Origin: Candidatus Eiseniibacteriota bacterium
GTDB lineage: Bacteria; Eisenbacteria; RBG-16-71-46; JABDJR01
Assembly: GCA_963762255.1 (NCBI GenBank)
Contig: CAVXKA010000003.1
Span: 704,001 to 768,000, forward strand
Direction: 5' to 3'
Length of the DNA stretch: 64,000 nucleotides
The notes under the pieces are model-generated. The model did no database searches and was not told the origin of the DNA. It was given only the letters and a program-made list of their open reading frames with translations. The stretch's first letter is position 1. The number at the start of each line of letters is the position of its first letter. A program made the translations under genes and the position numbers. Positions 63,691 to 64,000 of this stretch are shown piece after piece.

Positions 63691-64000
63691 ATGATCCGAA
63701 CCTGGCGCCTGGTCGCGACAGCCCTGGCCCTGGCGGCGCTCGCCGGCCCCTTCGACGCGCGCGCGCAGACCCCACCCGTGCTGGATCGCGCTCTACGAGC
63801 GGTCCTGGGATCGGACACCTCGTCAGCGCCCGGCGACACCACGCGCGCCGCCCTCGCCGACACCGGCGCGTCCAGCGCGAGCCGCATCGTGCTGTGGGTG
63901 GAACTCGACGACGTCATCGGCTCCATCTCCGCGCGCTACCTCACCGACGCCATCCGCTCCGCCAACGACCGCGAGGCGGAAGCGCTGGTGATCCAGATGG
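63691..64000 (+). CDS. NfeD family membrane-bound ClpP-class protease (5' part)
   Basis: Not in the ORF track. Manual translation MIRTWRLVATALALAALAG...VLWVELDDVIGSISARYLTDAIRSANDREAEALVIQM matches the NfeD N-terminus just before the usual DTPGG motif. Confidence 0.75.
   Translation, partial: MIRTWRLVATALALAALAGPFDARAQTPPVLDRALRAVLGSDTSSAPGDTTRAALADTGASSASRIVLWVELDDVIGSISARYLTDAIRSANDREAEALVIQM

Overview
GC-rich, gene-dense bacterial chromosome segment with about 52 CDS and one tRNA-Leu(CAG). I found no CRISPR array, transposase, integrase, rRNA or phage gene. Core genes include murI, an amidase, smpB, cobB, ppdK, tnaA, larB/larC, dusB, tmk, ltaE, hup, etfAB, lolA, pfkA, a moaD-moaE fusion, ino1 and efp. 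These are interleaved with a large envelope/secretion complement: four secreted proteins ending in an FlgD-Ig / type-IX-CTD-like domain, one clear and one probable PorV-like barrel, two paralogous large lipoproteins, two lamin-tail proteins with different C-terminal tags (one is the short 'SWGAIK' tail), an HhH+beta-barrel protein and a 7-heme cytochrome c. This inventory suggests (inference only) an FCB-related candidate phylum such as Eisenbacteria/Krumholzibacteriota/Latescibacterota. The best candidate for an undescribed system is a surface-display/sorting system with two C-terminal signals. It is centred on a ~1,110-aa Cys-rich, S-layer-like gene that has a near-consensus promoter, a ~370-nt structured leader and a terminator (23.2-33.0 kb), plus the repeat-protein/PorV pair at 55-58.6 kb. 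Other oddities are a LeuC/aconitase homolog lacking most Fe-S ligands, an EF-P with Asn at the loop tip, and a larC break with a programmed-frameshift precedent. Six genes carry single-base frameshifts (10 in total) that repair to full-length proteins, most likely assembly indel errors. All calls come from reading motifs by eye; no database searches were run.
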